Assembly (NCBI GenBank): GCA_050015455.1
Contig: JBEKBJ010000002.1
Coordinates: 1,091-65,090 of the forward strand
Reading direction: 5' to 3'
Origin: Candidatus Binatia bacterium
Lineage (GTDB): Bacteria; Desulfobacterota; Binatia; HRBIN30
Length of the DNA stretch: 64,000 bases
Shown: positions 31,201-41,083 of the stretch, piece by piece
Layout of the letters: each line of letters opens with the position of its first letter
Numbering within the stretch: the first letter of the stretch is position 1
Notes under the pieces: generated by a model
Database searches by the model: none
Seen by the model: only the letters and a program-made list of their open reading frames with translations
Told to the model about the DNA's origin: nothing
Made by a program: the position numbers and the translations under genes

Positions 31201-32348
31201 CTCGGCGTGGTCCCGCCAACTCCCATCACGTGCGGAGAATTGGCCGGATGATCCAAACAATTGCTCCCGTTGTCACCAGACGCAGCGAACCAGGTCTGCC
31301 CAATCGCGTTGGCGTTGGCGAAGATGCCGTCATTCGTTTGCTGCGTGGCCGCGGACGTGCCCGCTTCACAGCTTCCCCAGCTCGTGGTGACCACGTGGCC
31401 GGGGTTGTCGGTCACGATGCGGTTGTACAGCGTGGTGAAATCCGACAACGCGCTCGAGGCCGCCATGTAGTTGAGAATGACGGCGCCCGGTGCGGTGCCG
31501 TGCGCGTACTCAACGTCCAAGGAAACCTCGTCGGAGGGGTTGTTGAACGTACAACCGCTGGACCCAATCGCGCCAGTGCACACCTGGCCACTGCCACTCG
31601 GCAGCGCGGGCAGCCCCCATTGCGAGTCGAATGTGGCGACATCGGTGTCCAACCACGCGTAGGCTCCCGCGATCACCAGCGTCTGGCCCGCCCCCGCGTA
31701 GGTGCCGCCGTTGTCGTAGAATACCGCCAGGTCGTTCGGACTCAGGGCGCAGCAGTACGATCCGAACGCGGCACCGGGGGCGAGCGCGGGTTGTGTGCTC
31801 CGGCGGACGTTCGTGTGCATGCTGACGAGATCATCCAGACCGAGGATGCCCACGACGTCGCCGGCGATCTCGGCTGGCCACGTGGGTTCGTTGATGGCCG
31901 CGTAGTGTGTCTCCCCCCCGAAGATCACTCGGTAGGACTCCACGCCAAAGGCGTGTTCGAGCGCCGCAACACCGCCGACCGCTCCAACCAGCAGCCGATT
32001 GGAGAAGCGGTCGGTTACGGTAAAACCGTTGCCTGCGAGGTAGTCCACCACACCCTGCTCTGCATCGGCCGCCGGCGCATAACGGGCGTTGAATTCGTCT
32101 TGGGTCAGGAACTGACCGTATTGCGGGGAGTCAGGATTCTGCACCTCGGCGAGAAACCGTTCCAGGTCATCGCGATTTCTGAGCTCGAGGCCAACGACGA
32201 TGCTATGGCGAGTGGCGGGATGTTCGCGTTCCAGGATTGTCGCCTCGCCGAGGCGGGGGGACGTTGAATGTGCACGAGCGTACACGGGCGCTTGCAACCC
32301 CAGCGCTAGCAGTACGCCCGTCACCACGCTCGCAGCATTGATCCTCAT
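28257..32348 (-). CDS. giant secreted multidomain protein: signal peptide - propeptide/S53 sedolisin peptidase - CSLREA/Pmp-type beta-helix - Thr/Pro tandem-repeat linker - 2x novel 8-Cys C-terminal module
   Basis: 1363 aa. Signal peptide [25 protein letters not shown]53 motifs [10 protein letters not shown] (oxyanion Asp) and [14 protein letters not shown] (catalytic Ser). CTEAAL... followed by NSTFSGNSA beta-helix repeats. [10 protein letters not shown] repeats encoded by 30-nt tandem repeats. Tandem C-terminal modules [19 protein letters not shown]...ICPSCL...DGQIYCAGT. Confidence 0.85.
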   Translation of the reverse strand: MRINAASVVTGVLLALGLQAPVYARAHSTSPRLGEATILEREHPATRHSIVVGLELRNRDDLERFLAEVQNPDSPQYGQFLTQDEFNARYAPAADAEQGVVDYLAGNGFTVTDRFSNRLLVGAVGGVAALEHAFGVESYRVIFGGETHYAAINEPTWPAEIAGDVVGILGLDDLVSMHTNVRRSTQPALAPGAAFGSYCCALSPNDLAVFYDNGGTYAGAGQTLVIAGAYAWLDTDVATFDSQWGLPALPSGSGQVCTGAIGSSGCTFNNPSDEVSLDVEYAHGTAPGAVILNYMAASSALSDFTTLYNRIVTDNPGHVVTTSWGSCEAGTSAATQQTNDGIFANANAIGQTWFAASGDNGSNCLDHPANSPHVMGVGGTTPSCSGGMTSSSPGCGGYGSESGWSGSGGGISQVFSRPAFQTGCAVPSGTQRLVPDVALAANPSPGNYLAFDFGWYIVGGTSDAAPQWAGLFADLNEGVGGSGLGNPGALLYGLCGSSAFHDITSGSNGAYSAGVGYDMVTGLGSPDAGNLLAAMGATPPTITPTAPPTPTAAPACVVGTGTGTSCTEAALTACLPGGGSFGHNVTFNCGGAATITVTGTKTIGTDTTIDGGSLITISGGNKVGVFSVNSGVNFTVQNLTIAKGYDAGAAGGITNNGTLTLINSTFSGNISGAFGGGITNNGTLTVTTSTFSGNSAADYGGSIFNNATLTVTNSTFSGNSSSYSGGIYNNYGATLTVTNSTFAGNSASAYGGGINNNSGSTLTLTNSTFSGNSATDSGGGISNSGTLTVTNSTFAGNSAGTGGGAIQNDGGTVTAINTIVASSSGGNCAGPVTDGGHNIDDGTTCGFTGTGCTTTSGSSFCNTNPVLDPTGRQSNGGPTQTVALCTGTGAPSAGCTGASPAINAGNESVCSTTTGTAPVDNLDQRGFVRPGTGATNCSIGAFEANSAAATPTPAPASPATATPTNARTNTPTPTASNTPTGTPTQTPTITSTPTRTPTITNTPTQTPTITNTPTQTPTITNTPTLTPTITNTPTRTATITNTPTQTPTITNTPTQTPTITNTPTQTPTITNTPTQTPTITNTPTQTPTITNTPTVTPTATATPTNTPTPTYTPEAMVPPNSSADSCEDTVAKNIKKLVVCTANCQTKEADYALQNKSFDEMACEQGTGTPISCLAAYNKAEAAVLARTVRVKGVKQPICPSCLGATAQTALAESAMSVVEQLDGQIYCAGTAGFPSGNPGYVPPDKNTGACEDTVSRNLRTLAGCITSCQKKDADAALKSKSFNVQACEEGSGTPTSCRAAYDKAQAAVLAKTATVNKQKALICPSCLDATAQGALADAMISFIDQTSDGQIYCAGTTPLPAP
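29060..29400. repeat. perfect/near-perfect 30-nt tandem repeat array (~10 units) encoding the [10 protein letters not shown] linker
   Basis: Units such as ggcgtgttggtaatcgtcggcgtctgcgtt repeat head-to-tail inside the CDS. Confidence 0.8.
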
Positions 32349-32614
32349 GCTCTCTCCTCGGCTGATCGCACTACTTCAGCTCCAAGCTTAAAATCTCGGT
32401 TCATGCGGATAGCCTGCATAAAGCACCAAGTTGACGTAAGCCCCGAGTATCAGACATGGCCAGACCCCCCGCAGCCGCGCGAAAATCTCAGACAGCTACC
32501 CGTATACGGCGCGGACTGGCGCGGACAAACCGTCTGTCAATCGTCGCGACTTTGCGAGACACGACACTAGTGTTCTCATATTGCTCCCCTTTCCCGTAGA
32601 CGCGGGTAGTTGAC

Positions 32615-35600
32615 CTACGGCAGTGGGACGGTCCCCGCGCAGTAAATTTGGCCGTCGCTGGTCTGACCGATGAAGCTGATCATCGCGTTGGCCAGCGCGC
32701 CCTCGGCCGTGGCATCGAGACAGGACGGACAGATCGCCACCTTCTGCCCGTTCACCGTTGCCGTCTTGGCGAGCACCGCCGCTTCCGCCTTGTCGTACGC
32801 GGCGCGACAGGAGATCCGCGTGCCGGTTCCCTCGCACGCTCGGACATCAAATGTCTCTTTCTTGAGCGCCGCGTCAGCCTCCTTTTTTTGGCAGCTGGTG
32901 ATGCATCGCGCCAGTGTTCGAACATTTCTGGAGACCGTGTCTTCACACGCACCGGTGTTCTTGTCCGGCGGTACGAAGCCCGGGTTACCACTCGCGAAAC
33001 CGATCGTGCCCGCGCAGTAGATTTGGCCATCGAGTTGGTGCACGACGCTCGTCGCCGAGTCCGCCAAGCCGTTCTGCGCCGTGAGGCCCAGACAGGCCGG
33101 GCAGATCGGCACCCTCTTCTTGTTCACCGTTGTCGTCCGCAAGAGCACCGCCCATTGTGCCTCGTCGTACGCGGCGCGACACATTCCCTCGCACGCCATT
33201 TCGTCAAAGGATTGGTTTTTCAGCGCGTAGCCGGCCTCCTTCGTTTGGCAATTGGCCGTGCAGACTACGAGTTTTTTTATGTTCTGCGCTACCGTATCCT
33301 CGCACGTATCCGTACTGGAATTCGGGGGCACCATGGCCTCCGGCGTCGCCGTGGGTGTGGGCGTTGCCATCGGCGTCCCTGTTGGGGTGTTGGTCGGCGT
33401 CGCAGTTGGTGTTGCCGCTGGGGTGCTCGTCGGCTCGGCGCATACCCCGCCGGCACACGTTCCACTGCGGCATTGGGAGCCGGCGGTGCAGCTCGTTCCA
33501 TCGTTGCAGTCATTGGTCTGCCCGCAGCACGAGTTGCTGTCGCAGGCGCCGCCGGTGCATTGCGACGCGCTCGTGCAGCCCGACCCATCACCGCAGTTGG
33601 CGATGCAGGCTGCGGCGTTCGCCTCGAAGGCGCCGATGGAGCAGTTGATCGCGCCCGCACCGGGCCGGACGAAGCCGCGTTGGTCGAGATTGTCGACGGG
33701 CGCGGTGCCGGTGGTCGTCGAACATACGCTTTCGTTCCCATTGTTGATCGCTAGGCTTACTCCGGTGCACGAGGCAGGAGAACCCACGCCGGTACACAAA
33801 GCGATGGTTTGGGTCGGCCCACCGTTATCTGCCAAACCCGCCGGATCGAGCATCGGGTCGAACGCACCGATGGTTGTGCCACACGTCGTGCCGGGGAATT
33901 GCAGGTTGTGGCCGCCGTCAGTGATGCCGCCGCCACCGATGCCACTGTCGGCGCAGCCGCCCGCCAGGATGGTGTTGATGACGGTTGGCGGCGTGGTTCC
34001 CAGGTCGGTGGCGATGCCGCCGCCGCTATTGCCGGAGAAGGTGCTGTTGGTGATCAAGGTCGAGCCCTGGCTGAAGATGCCGCCGCCGGAGCCCGCGCCA
34101 TTGCCGGAGAAGGTGCTGTTGGTGACCGTCACCGTGCGCTGGTTGTAGATGGCGCCGCCGACGTAGACCGCGCTATTGCCGGAGAAGGTACTGTTGGTGA
34201 CCGTCAGCGTGCCCACGTTGAGGATGCCGCCGCCGCCGTTGCCGGTGCTAAGCGAGCTATTGCCTGAGAAAGTGCTGTTGGTGACCGTCACCGTGCCACC
34301 TCCGATGAGGATGCCGCCGCCGGAGCCCGCTGATCCGTTGGCGATCGTCAGGTTCTGGACCGTGAAGTTGGCGGCAGGCACGGAGAAGACGCCCACGCTG
34401 TTCCCGCCGCTGATCGTGATCAGACTCCCGCCGTCAATGGTGGTGTCGGTGCGAATGGTCTTGGTGTAGGTGACAGTAATCGTGGCAGCACCCCCGCAGT
34501 CGAAGGTCACGGTGCCGCCGCCGAGGAGGCAGGTGTCCAGCGCGAACTCGGTGCAGCTCACCCCCGTGCCGGTGCCCACGACGCACGCCAGGGCGCGCGT
34601 CGGTGTTGGCGTTGCGGTTTCGGTCGGGGTGTTGGTCGGCGTCCGGGTCGGTGTATTGGTCGGTGTGGCCGTCGGGGTGTTGGTTGCGGTTGGTGTCTGA
34701 GTCGGGGTCTTGGTCGACGCCTGGGTCGGTGTATTGGTCGGTGTGGGCGTCGGGGTGTTGGTCGCGGTTGGTGTCTGAGTCGGGGTGCTGGTCGACGTCT
34801 GAGTCGGCGTGCTGGTTGGCGTCACCGTCGGGGTGGTCGTCAGGGTCGCGGTGGGAGTCGCGGTTGCGGTTGGCGTCGCGGTTTCGGTCGGCGTCGGGAT
34901 CGGGGTGGCCGGGCTGAGCTCGGCCACGAAGGCGTTCGATCCGCCGTTGGCGGCAGCATTGTTGGTGCTCTGGAAGGCATTCAGGGTGGGGAAGTTGTTC
35001 GACCACGCAAAGCCCGTGACGTAGGCGTTGCCGGAGGAATCGACCGCGATGCCGTTGCCATAGTCCCAGAAGCTTCCGCCCAAGTAGGTCGAATAGAGCA
35101 GCGATGCCGCTCCCGACGCCGATGGGTTGAGCTTGGCCACGAAGGCTTCGATTTCGCCGTTGTAGCTCAAGCCGTTCAGGGTGGGGAAGTCGGGCGAGGC
35201 GGTAGATCCCGTGACGTAGGCGTTGCCGGAGGAATCGACCGCGATGCCGTGGCCAGAGTCGCCGTTATTGCCGCTGCCGCCGAGGTAGGTTGAATAGAGC
35301 AGCGACGCCGCTCCCGACGCTGACGGGTTGAGCTTCGCCACGAAGGCGGTACCAGCGTTACTATCGCCGGCGTCGGGGACGTTGTTGGTGCTTTGGAAGG
35401 CGTTCAGGGTGGGGAAGTTGGCCGAGGCCGTATTTCCTGTGACATAGGCGTTGCCGGAGGAATCGACGGCGATGCCGTAGCCATAGTCGCCACGAAAGGC
35501 CGGGCCAAAGCCTTGGAAGCCTTGGCCAATGTTGCCGCTGCCGCCGAGGTAGGTCGAATAGAGCAGTGACGCCGCTCCTGACGCTGCCGGGTTGAGCTTG

Positions 35601-37687
35601 GCCACGAAGGCGGTATACGCGTTATCGGGGCTGGCGTTGGCGGCGGCATTGTTGGTGCTCTGGTAGGCGCCCGCAGTGACGGGGAACGCAACGCACGTGC
35701 CGGTCCCGTTCCCGGTGCAGCAATAAGCAGGTGTGTCGGAGCCGGTACAACTGGAGTTGCCGATCGAGGTCGTCCATCCCGTGACGTAGGCGTTGCCGGA
35801 GGAATCGACCGCGATGCCGGTGCCAGAGTCGTAGACGCTGCCGCCGAGGTAGGTCGAATAGAGTAAGTCCGCCGCGCCTGTTCCCGCCGGGTTGAGCTTG
35901 GTCACGAAGGCGTTCTCGGTGGCATTAAGCGTGCTCTGGAAGGCGTTCAGGGTGGGGAAGTCGGCCGAGCCCGTATATCCTGTGACGTAGGCGTTGCCGG
36001 AGGAATCAACCGCGATGCCGTTGCCAGAGTCGTACACGCTGCCGCCGAGGTAGGTCGAATAGAGCAGTGATGCCGCTCCTGACGCCGACGGGTTGAGCTT
36101 GGCCACGAAGGCGTTAACAAGGCCGGCGTTGGTGCTCTGGAAGGCGCCCGCAGTGACAGGAAACGCCATGCACGTGCCGGTTCCCGCCCCAGCGCAGCAA
36201 GTCTGAGGTACGCCCGAGCCGGTACAACTGGAGTTGCCGATCGAGCTCGTAACTCCCGTGACGTAGGCGTTGCCGGAGGAATCGACCGCGATGCCGTAGC
36301 CAGAATCGCCGCCGCTCCCGCCGAGGTAAGTCGAATAGAGCAGCGATGCCGCTCCCGACGCCGACGGGTTCAGCTTGGCCACGAAGGCGTTACCAAGGCC
36401 GGCGTTGGTGCTCTGGAAGGCGTTCAGGGTGGGGAAGTTGGTCGACTCCGTATATCCTGTGACGTAGGCGTTGCCGGAGGAATCGACCGCAATGCCGGTG
36501 CCATAGTCGCCGTCGCAGTTATATTCACCACAGAAGACGCCGCTGCCGCCCAAGTAGGTCGAATAGAGCAGCACCGGATCGATCACAATCGGCTTGCTCC
36601 GGTCGTAACTCGCCAGCTTAAAGCCCGCCTCGTCCGCGCCCCGGATCACCCATCCGCCCGCGATCGTTTGCTCCTTGCCGCCTGTAGTCTCCTGATAAAT
36701 CTCCGGCGCGTGCTCGATGAGTTGGTTCTTGCCCGCGCTCACGACCAGATCGCCCCGCTTATTCAGCGCGAGCTTGCGGACGCCCTTGAAGCTGAGCCGG
36801 ATCGCTTTCGGATCGGCGCCCGGCGCAAGCCGGAAATCGTACTCAAGCCGGGCCTGCTCGCTGCCGTGGTAGATGAGATCGATTCCGGGATAGACCTCCT
36901 TGAGCTCGACCTTGGCGTAGTTGGGAACATCGGTGTGCCACTGCTTGGGGTCGTTGCCGATGAAATAGTTGGACTTGCCCACCATCCGCTCGAGGCCGCC
37001 GATTTGCGACGCGCGCGCCGCCCCCTTGAGCGCGATCCGCACCACCGCCGCCTCCGCCTCAGCAGCTTTTTTCCTGTCATTCCTGCGTGTGGCTGCCGCG
37101 CGAGAGCCTGTCCCTTCGACAAGCTCAGGGCGGGCTCTGAGGCCGCCGAAGGAAATCCCCGATGCGGGCCCCCTCGACTTCGGAGACTTCACTCGCGATG
37201 ACTGAAAAGAATCAGGGCGACCGGGGAAAAAAGAGTGTGCGCCTTCCGGCGCGGGCGACCGCATCGCAATCACCGCCTCGCCGGGCGTGATGAACAGCGT
37301 GTAACCCTGCCCGTGCGATAGGAACTTGACCCGCGGATCGCTCTGGCCGAGGTTCGGCTCGAAGCGCATCGGCAGCTTTACGAGCGATAGGTGCGGCGGA
37401 CGATTCGGCGCGGAGGGCGCGTGCGACCGTCTGCGTCGGCCCGCCGTTGTCCTGGAGCCCGGTGGGGTCGAGAACGGCTCTTCTCCCAGCTGCTGACCGC
37501 CTGGCTGCTGTGCACCGGGCGGCGCACGGTGACCGACACGCTGCGCTGTCAGTGTGCGGGACGGACAGGTTTCACTGCCAGTGCCCACGACACACGCCAG
37601 GGCGCGCGCGGGCAGAGTGAGACATGGCAGGAGCAGAGCCAGCCCTAAGCCGCTGCATCGCAGTTGACCGCCGAAACGTGTGCTCAT
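32615..37687 (-). CDS. giant secreted multidomain protein: signal peptide - SBBP beta-propeller repeats - Thr/Pro linker - CSLREA/Pmp-type beta-helix - Cys-rich knot - linker - 2x novel 8-Cys C-terminal module
   Basis: About 1690 aa from the ATG at 37687 (signal peptide [31 protein letters not shown]). About nine SBBP-type repeats ([34 protein letters not shown]). A beta-helix region starting SCTEFAL. A CX-rich segment [30 protein letters not shown].... The C-terminal ~700 nt is ~90% identical to the 3' end of 28257-32348. Confidence 0.85.
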   Translation of the reverse strand: MSTRFGGQLRCSGLGLALLLPCLTLPARALACVVGTGSETCPSRTLTAQRVGHRAPPGAQQPGGQQLGEEPFSTPPGSRTTAGRRRRSHAPSAPNRPPHLSLVKLPMRFEPNLGQSDPRVKFLSHGQGYTLFITPGEAVIAMRSPAPEGAHSFFPGRPDSFQSSRVKSPKSRGPASGISFGGLRARPELVEGTGSRAAATRRNDRKKAAEAEAAVVRIALKGAARASQIGGLERMVGKSNYFIGNDPKQWHTDVPNYAKVELKEVYPGIDLIYHGSEQARLEYDFRLAPGADPKAIRLSFKGVRKLALNKRGDLVVSAGKNQLIEHAPEIYQETTGGKEQTIAGGWVIRGADEAGFKLASYDRSKPIVIDPVLLYSTYLGGSGVFCGEYNCDGDYGTGIAVDSSGNAYVTGYTESTNFPTLNAFQSTNAGLGNAFVAKLNPSASGAASLLYSTYLGGSGGDSGYGIAVDSSGNAYVTGVTSSIGNSSCTGSGVPQTCCAGAGTGTCMAFPVTAGAFQSTNAGLVNAFVAKLNPSASGAASLLYSTYLGGSVYDSGNGIAVDSSGNAYVTGYTGSADFPTLNAFQSTLNATENAFVTKLNPAGTGAADLLYSTYLGGSVYDSGTGIAVDSSGNAYVTGWTTSIGNSSCTGSDTPAYCCTGNGTGTCVAFPVTAGAYQSTNNAAANASPDNAYTAFVAKLNPAASGAASLLYSTYLGGSGNIGQGFQGFGPAFRGDYGYGIAVDSSGNAYVTGNTASANFPTLNAFQSTNNVPDAGDSNAGTAFVAKLNPSASGAASLLYSTYLGGSGNNGDSGHGIAVDSSGNAYVTGSTASPDFPTLNGLSYNGEIEAFVAKLNPSASGAASLLYSTYLGGSFWDYGNGIAVDSSGNAYVTGFAWSNNFPTLNAFQSTNNAAANGGSNAFVAELSPATPIPTPTETATPTATATPTATLTTTPTVTPTSTPTQTSTSTPTQTPTATNTPTPTPTNTPTQASTKTPTQTPTATNTPTATPTNTPTRTPTNTPTETATPTPTRALACVVGTGTGVSCTEFALDTCLLGGGTVTFDCGGAATITVTYTKTIRTDTTIDGGSLITISGGNSVGVFSVPAANFTVQNLTIANGSAGSGGGILIGGGTVTVTNSTFSGNSSLSTGNGGGGILNVGTLTVTNSTFSGNSAVYVGGAIYNQRTVTVTNSTFSGNGAGSGGGIFSQGSTLITNSTFSGNSGGGIATDLGTTPPTVINTILAGGCADSGIGGGGITDGGHNLQFPGTTCGTTIGAFDPMLDPAGLADNGGPTQTIALCTGVGSPASCTGVSLAINNGNESVCSTTTGTAPVDNLDQRGFVRPGAGAINCSIGAFEANAAACIANCGDGSGCTSASQCTGGACDSNSCCGQTNDCNDGTSCTAGSQCRSGTCAGGVCAEPTSTPAATPTATPTNTPTGTPMATPTPTATPEAMVPPNSSTDTCEDTVAQNIKKLVVCTANCQTKEAGYALKNQSFDEMACEGMCRAAYDEAQWAVLLRTTTVNKKRVPICPACLGLTAQNGLADSATSVVHQLDGQIYCAGTIGFASGNPGFVPPDKNTGACEDTVSRNVRTLARCITSCQKKEADAALKKETFDVRACEGTGTRISCRAAYDKAEAAVLAKTATVNGQKVAICPSCLDATAEGALANAMISFIGQTSDGQIYCAGTVPLP

Positions 37688-38185
37688 CGGGCACCTCTTT
37701 TCCACCGATATCTCCCAGACAGGCCGCTGCCCGGCGTGTGTGGTTGGCAAATCGAGGCTCGCACGCTTGCCCCCGACGAGACCGTCGTATCCCGCGTGCA
37801 GGCCACCGGACGTCATCCGAGGCCGATCATGTTGACATACGGTCGCGGTGATTACACCCTACACCCTGTGGCGTCAACCAAAATCGTCACAGTGGCCGTA
37901 CAAATCACGCAAGAGATGACCAATGTCAGTGTGGACTCCGTAAACTTACGGAGTTTTGACCTCACAGACGGTCACCATCCTTCCCCCGTCCTTCCTCCCG
38001 AATCGCAATCACCGTCATCGGCGCAGCGGATCGGTGTCGCCAGAGCCGTCATCTCCGACTTTGAGGACGACGACTTCGAGGGCGACGCGCTCGGGCTCCT
38101 CCAATGGATCGCTGGCGCACTCGACAAGACCGTCGAGATCTGCGTAATGCCGCGGAAGACCAAGCGGCACGCCGCGTGAGCAGTC

Positions 38186-38253
38186 CACCGATCGTCTCTG
38201 CGGACCCGCGCAGTCGGAATCTACGGCTTTGTCAGCACTCGGCGATCAAACCG
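38186..38253. repeat. 68-nt dispersed direct repeat, copy A (overlaps the GH108 stop codon)
   Basis: caccgatcgtctctgcggacccgcgcagtcggaatctacggctttgtcagcactcggcgatcaaaccg. Second copy at 43914-43980. Confidence 0.75.
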
Positions 38254-38773
38254 CCACCGTATCCGTCCCAATGCCGGCCCGCACCGTCTGCACTCGGTTG
38301 AGCCAGCCCTTCAGGAACCGCGACTGGTCAGGCCGGGCCTCTACAATCTCTCGGTAGAACTGCGCCCGTTCGTTACAGAGCGCTTGGGCGAGTTGCGCCG
38401 GGTCGCGGGCGGCGACTGCTGCGAGAGTACGAGGTCCGATAATGCCGTCCACTGCCACCCTGACCGCCGCCTGGAGAAGACGCGCCGCGCGCGCCACGCC
38501 CACATTCACGCAGGAATCGAAGTGGACGGCATCGAGCGGCTCACGCAGGTCAGCACATTTTCCTGGGATCCAGTACTGGTCGTAGTAGATGCGCCGGACC
38601 TCATCGTCCGTGATGTTGGCCACCGATTGCGGCAGGGCATCGATCGACGCCCGAAAACGGTCGTACGTGGCTTGCGTGATCCCCTGGTTGGTGGCGCCGC
38701 CCCGGTCGGCCGGATCGTCGACGAATCCCCCCTCCAGATCGAGCGTAAGCGCCAAAGCCTTGTCGAAGCTCAT
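38246..38773 (-). CDS. GH108 N-acetylmuramidase with C-terminal peptidoglycan-binding (PG_binding_3) domain
   Basis: LTLDLEGGFVDDPADRGGATNQGITQATYD is the GH108 catalytic signature. 175 aa, the typical two-domain lysozyme. No signal peptide. Confidence 0.85.
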   Translation of the reverse strand: MSFDKALALTLDLEGGFVDDPADRGGATNQGITQATYDRFRASIDALPQSVANITDDEVRRIYYDQYWIPGKCADLREPLDAVHFDSCVNVGVARAARLLQAAVRVAVDGIIGPRTLAAVAARDPAQLAQALCNERAQFYREIVEARPDQSRFLKGWLNRVQTVRAGIGTDTVAV

Positions 38774-39141
38774 CGCTACCTGCGCCTGGGCTTATCGTGG
38801 TCTGCTCATGGAGCGCATGAAACACGGTACTGAGTATGTGGCGACACCCCAGCCACATGTTGGCAGGCTGTAGCATGGGAAGCTGGGGATCGGCAACAAG
38901 GGTTTCACTTTACCGTCTGCATCCGCGCCAACGCTGCCAAAGACACGAGGCACCGACTTTGCCCAACGATTCGGAAGGTCGGCCATGGGAGCCCGGCGTG
39001 AGGGCACGGCTCCACTATGCGCGCCTTTTGGGGCGGCCGGGCTGTGAGCCCGCCTTTCTCGGCAAAGCCCCCTGGATCGCAGGTTAACAACGCCCCGCCG
39101 TGGATTTTCGCTCGCAGAAGGGCTTGGCCAACCCTCCGCAA

Positions 39142-39380
39142 CGGCGGAGGCGGGGGTGAACGGCGTGGTCAGACCCGTCGCAACGAATGTATGCCTAAGA
39201 TTTCGCTGTCCGCGTCATTACTATGGCTGAGGCGGGGGGAAACAGCTTGGTCGGACGCGTTGCAACCAATGCGTGCCTAAGATTTACGCTGTGCGAAGCG
39301 TCCCGACGGCGGAGGCGGAGGTGAACGGCGCGGTCAGGCCCGTCGCAACGGATGCGTGCCTAAAATTCAGGCGTTCCAGG
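39142..39380. repeat. three tandem copies of a degenerate ~82-bp repeat in a 1.3-kb intergenic region
   Basis: Units begin cggcggaggcgg(g/a)ggtgaacggcg(t/c)ggtcag(a/g)cccgtcgcaacg(a/g)atg(t/c)(a/g)tgcctaa(g/a)att... at about 39142, 39226 and 39306, ~80% identical. Confidence 0.7.
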
Positions 39381-40090
39381 GCTCCACACTGAAAAAACTC
39401 GATCGGATACGGGCGCCGTACTACACCCTAGGTGTTGTGTACCATAGCCTGAGGTTGCCTTCTTCCGGCTACCCCAGGCCGCAAGCGCGGCGCGTGTTCG
39501 CCCTGGGTAGCCGCCGAAAAGACGCGGCAAGGGTCCGCGACCCAACCCAGGGCTATGTTGCGCAACGCCTTCGGCGTAGGGCTGTGTCTGTCGAAGCATT
39601 GTGATTGTTCAGCACACTGTGAAGCGGTCAGCAAGCAGTTCTCCGCTTTGATTGTTCAATCTTGTGAACTCTCCATGATGTCAACTTCACCAGCTTTTCG
39701 GGGGCCTTGCCCCACAAGAGCGGGCTGGGAGTAGCCCGGCGAAAGGCGCGGTGTTCTGAAGTCGGCGTGCCCTCACGTTGCGGCTCGATGGTTAATGTAG
39801 GCCACGTTTTGTGGGCAATTTCGCTGTGTTCAGCCTTCCGCACTCGTGGTGAAATGGTGGCGAACCATTTGTGAGTGGAAATCCGGCAGGTGACCGCTCC
39901 ACCGGTGTTGCCGCACATAGCAAGGGCAGGCTTCTATGGTGTATCCAGTGCCCAGCCGGTACTCACGTGGCACTAGTACGAAATAAACTTACAATGATGT
40001 ACAGTCGGCCAAAGATCGACGCGCCGTATGGCGCACAATGGTTTGGCAAGTGGTTTGCACAGCGACGCCCTCTCAGAAAGGAGAGGCGGT

Positions 40091-40813
40091 ATGTCTACAA
40101 TTGCGGTAGGCAAGGGTACAACCCGGCAACTCAATGCCGGCGTGGCAATTCTGGCCGCAGCGCGGACGGTGGACACAAGGCTGATCAAGGATCGGCTGGC
40201 GGCGTTCGATCGGGCGCAGCACGGCTACGTGCAGGCGCAGGCGAAGGTGCAGCAGGCCGAAGCGGAGGTGGAGAAGGCGCACGCGCAGTTCCTGACCGAG
40301 CAGCAGAGCGTGGTGGACACGCTGGCGCGGGCGCTGGTGGCCGACGGGCAGCCGCTGCGGGATCCGTTTGCGGCCTTTGGAAATCTGCACACGGGGGCGC
40401 TCATGCGTTTGGCGCCGGCGGATGCGGCCAAGGCGTTGCCGGAGCTGGTGGCGGCGATACGCCGCAGCAAGGCCTTGGGCAAAGGGACGCTGCAGGCCGT
40501 GCAGAGCGCGGAGAAGGTGACGCGCGGCATGGAGCCGGCGTTGGCGCGTTTGGAGACGCTGCGCACGGCGGCGCGCGACGCCCGCGCCACCCGTGACGCG
40601 GTGGCGCAGGCGTGGGAGCTGGCACTCGGCGCCCTCAAGCGCGGGGCACGCGCCGCGGCCGACGATGGCGCACCGAACTTGTACGCCACCCTGTTCGAGC
40701 GGCCAGCGCGCGCGTCCACGAAGGCTTCAAAACCAACCCCACAACCGTCACCGGAACCTCCCTCCCCACCGGTGACAGCTCCGGCGCCGGCGCCCGAACC
40801 GGCGACGTCGTAA
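40091..40813 (+). CDS. hypothetical coiled-coil protein with Pro-rich C-terminus
   Basis: ATG at 40091 preceded by a strong AAAGGAGAG Shine-Dalgarno. 240 aa. Ala/Arg/Gln-rich helical segments and a C-terminal PTPQPSPEPPSPPVTAPAPAPEP tail. No family recognised. Confidence 0.5.
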   Translation: MSTIAVGKGTTRQLNAGVAILAAARTVDTRLIKDRLAAFDRAQHGYVQAQAKVQQAEAEVEKAHAQFLTEQQSVVDTLARALVADGQPLRDPFAAFGNLHTGALMRLAPADAAKALPELVAAIRRSKALGKGTLQAVQSAEKVTRGMEPALARLETLRTAARDARATRDAVAQAWELALGALKRGARAAADDGAPNLYATLFERPARASTKASKPTPQPSPEPPSPPVTAPAPAPEPATS

Positions 40814-41021
40814 ACCAACGGCGGCACGGCTCGAGCCCCTGGGCCGTGCCGCCGGCAGCCCATTCGCACCGTAATCGGCTAATGAAATTGGCGGTGCTCT
40901 CCGCCTGTGTCAGGTTGGCGGCCAGGTTCTCGCGGCTGGCCTCGCCACGCAACGTGTAGAGCACCCCGAGGCTGTAGGCGAAGCCCAGCAGGATGAGCAG
41001 CAGGAATGACCCGAAGGCCAT
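40635..41021 (-). CDS. hypothetical small membrane protein (3' extent uncertain)
   Basis: ATG 60 nt downstream of the PQ-repeat gene stop. One TM helix (MAFGSFLLLILLGFAYSLGVLY). The C-terminal half is R/P-rich and overlaps the 3' end of the 40091 gene on the opposite strand, so one of the two is probably over-called. Confidence 0.3.
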   Translation of the reverse strand: MAFGSFLLLILLGFAYSLGVLYTLRGEASRENLAANLTQAESTANFISRLRCEWAAGGTAQGLEPCRRWFTTSPVRAPAPELSPVGREVPVTVVGLVLKPSWTRALAARTGWRTSSVRHRRPRRVPRA

Positions 41022-41083
41022 GAACAGGCTGCGCCGAGGAGTCAACTCCTTCCTGCCGTATCGCCGGCTCACGTCAACGGGGT

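Noticed and set aside
39142-39380. Tandem ~82-bp repeats considered as a CRISPR array
   Set aside because: The units are only ~80% identical to each other and are contiguous without unique spacers. There are no cas genes in the window. Called a tandem repeat instead.
39400-40000. Structured-looking GC-rich hairpins screened for RNase P RNA, tmRNA, SRP RNA, 6S RNA
   Set aside because: None of the universally conserved motifs (GGAAAGTCCGG of RNase P; the tRNA-like 3' end of tmRNA; the SRP GGAA tetraloop helix) could be found by eye. Left as an uncharacterised non-coding region.
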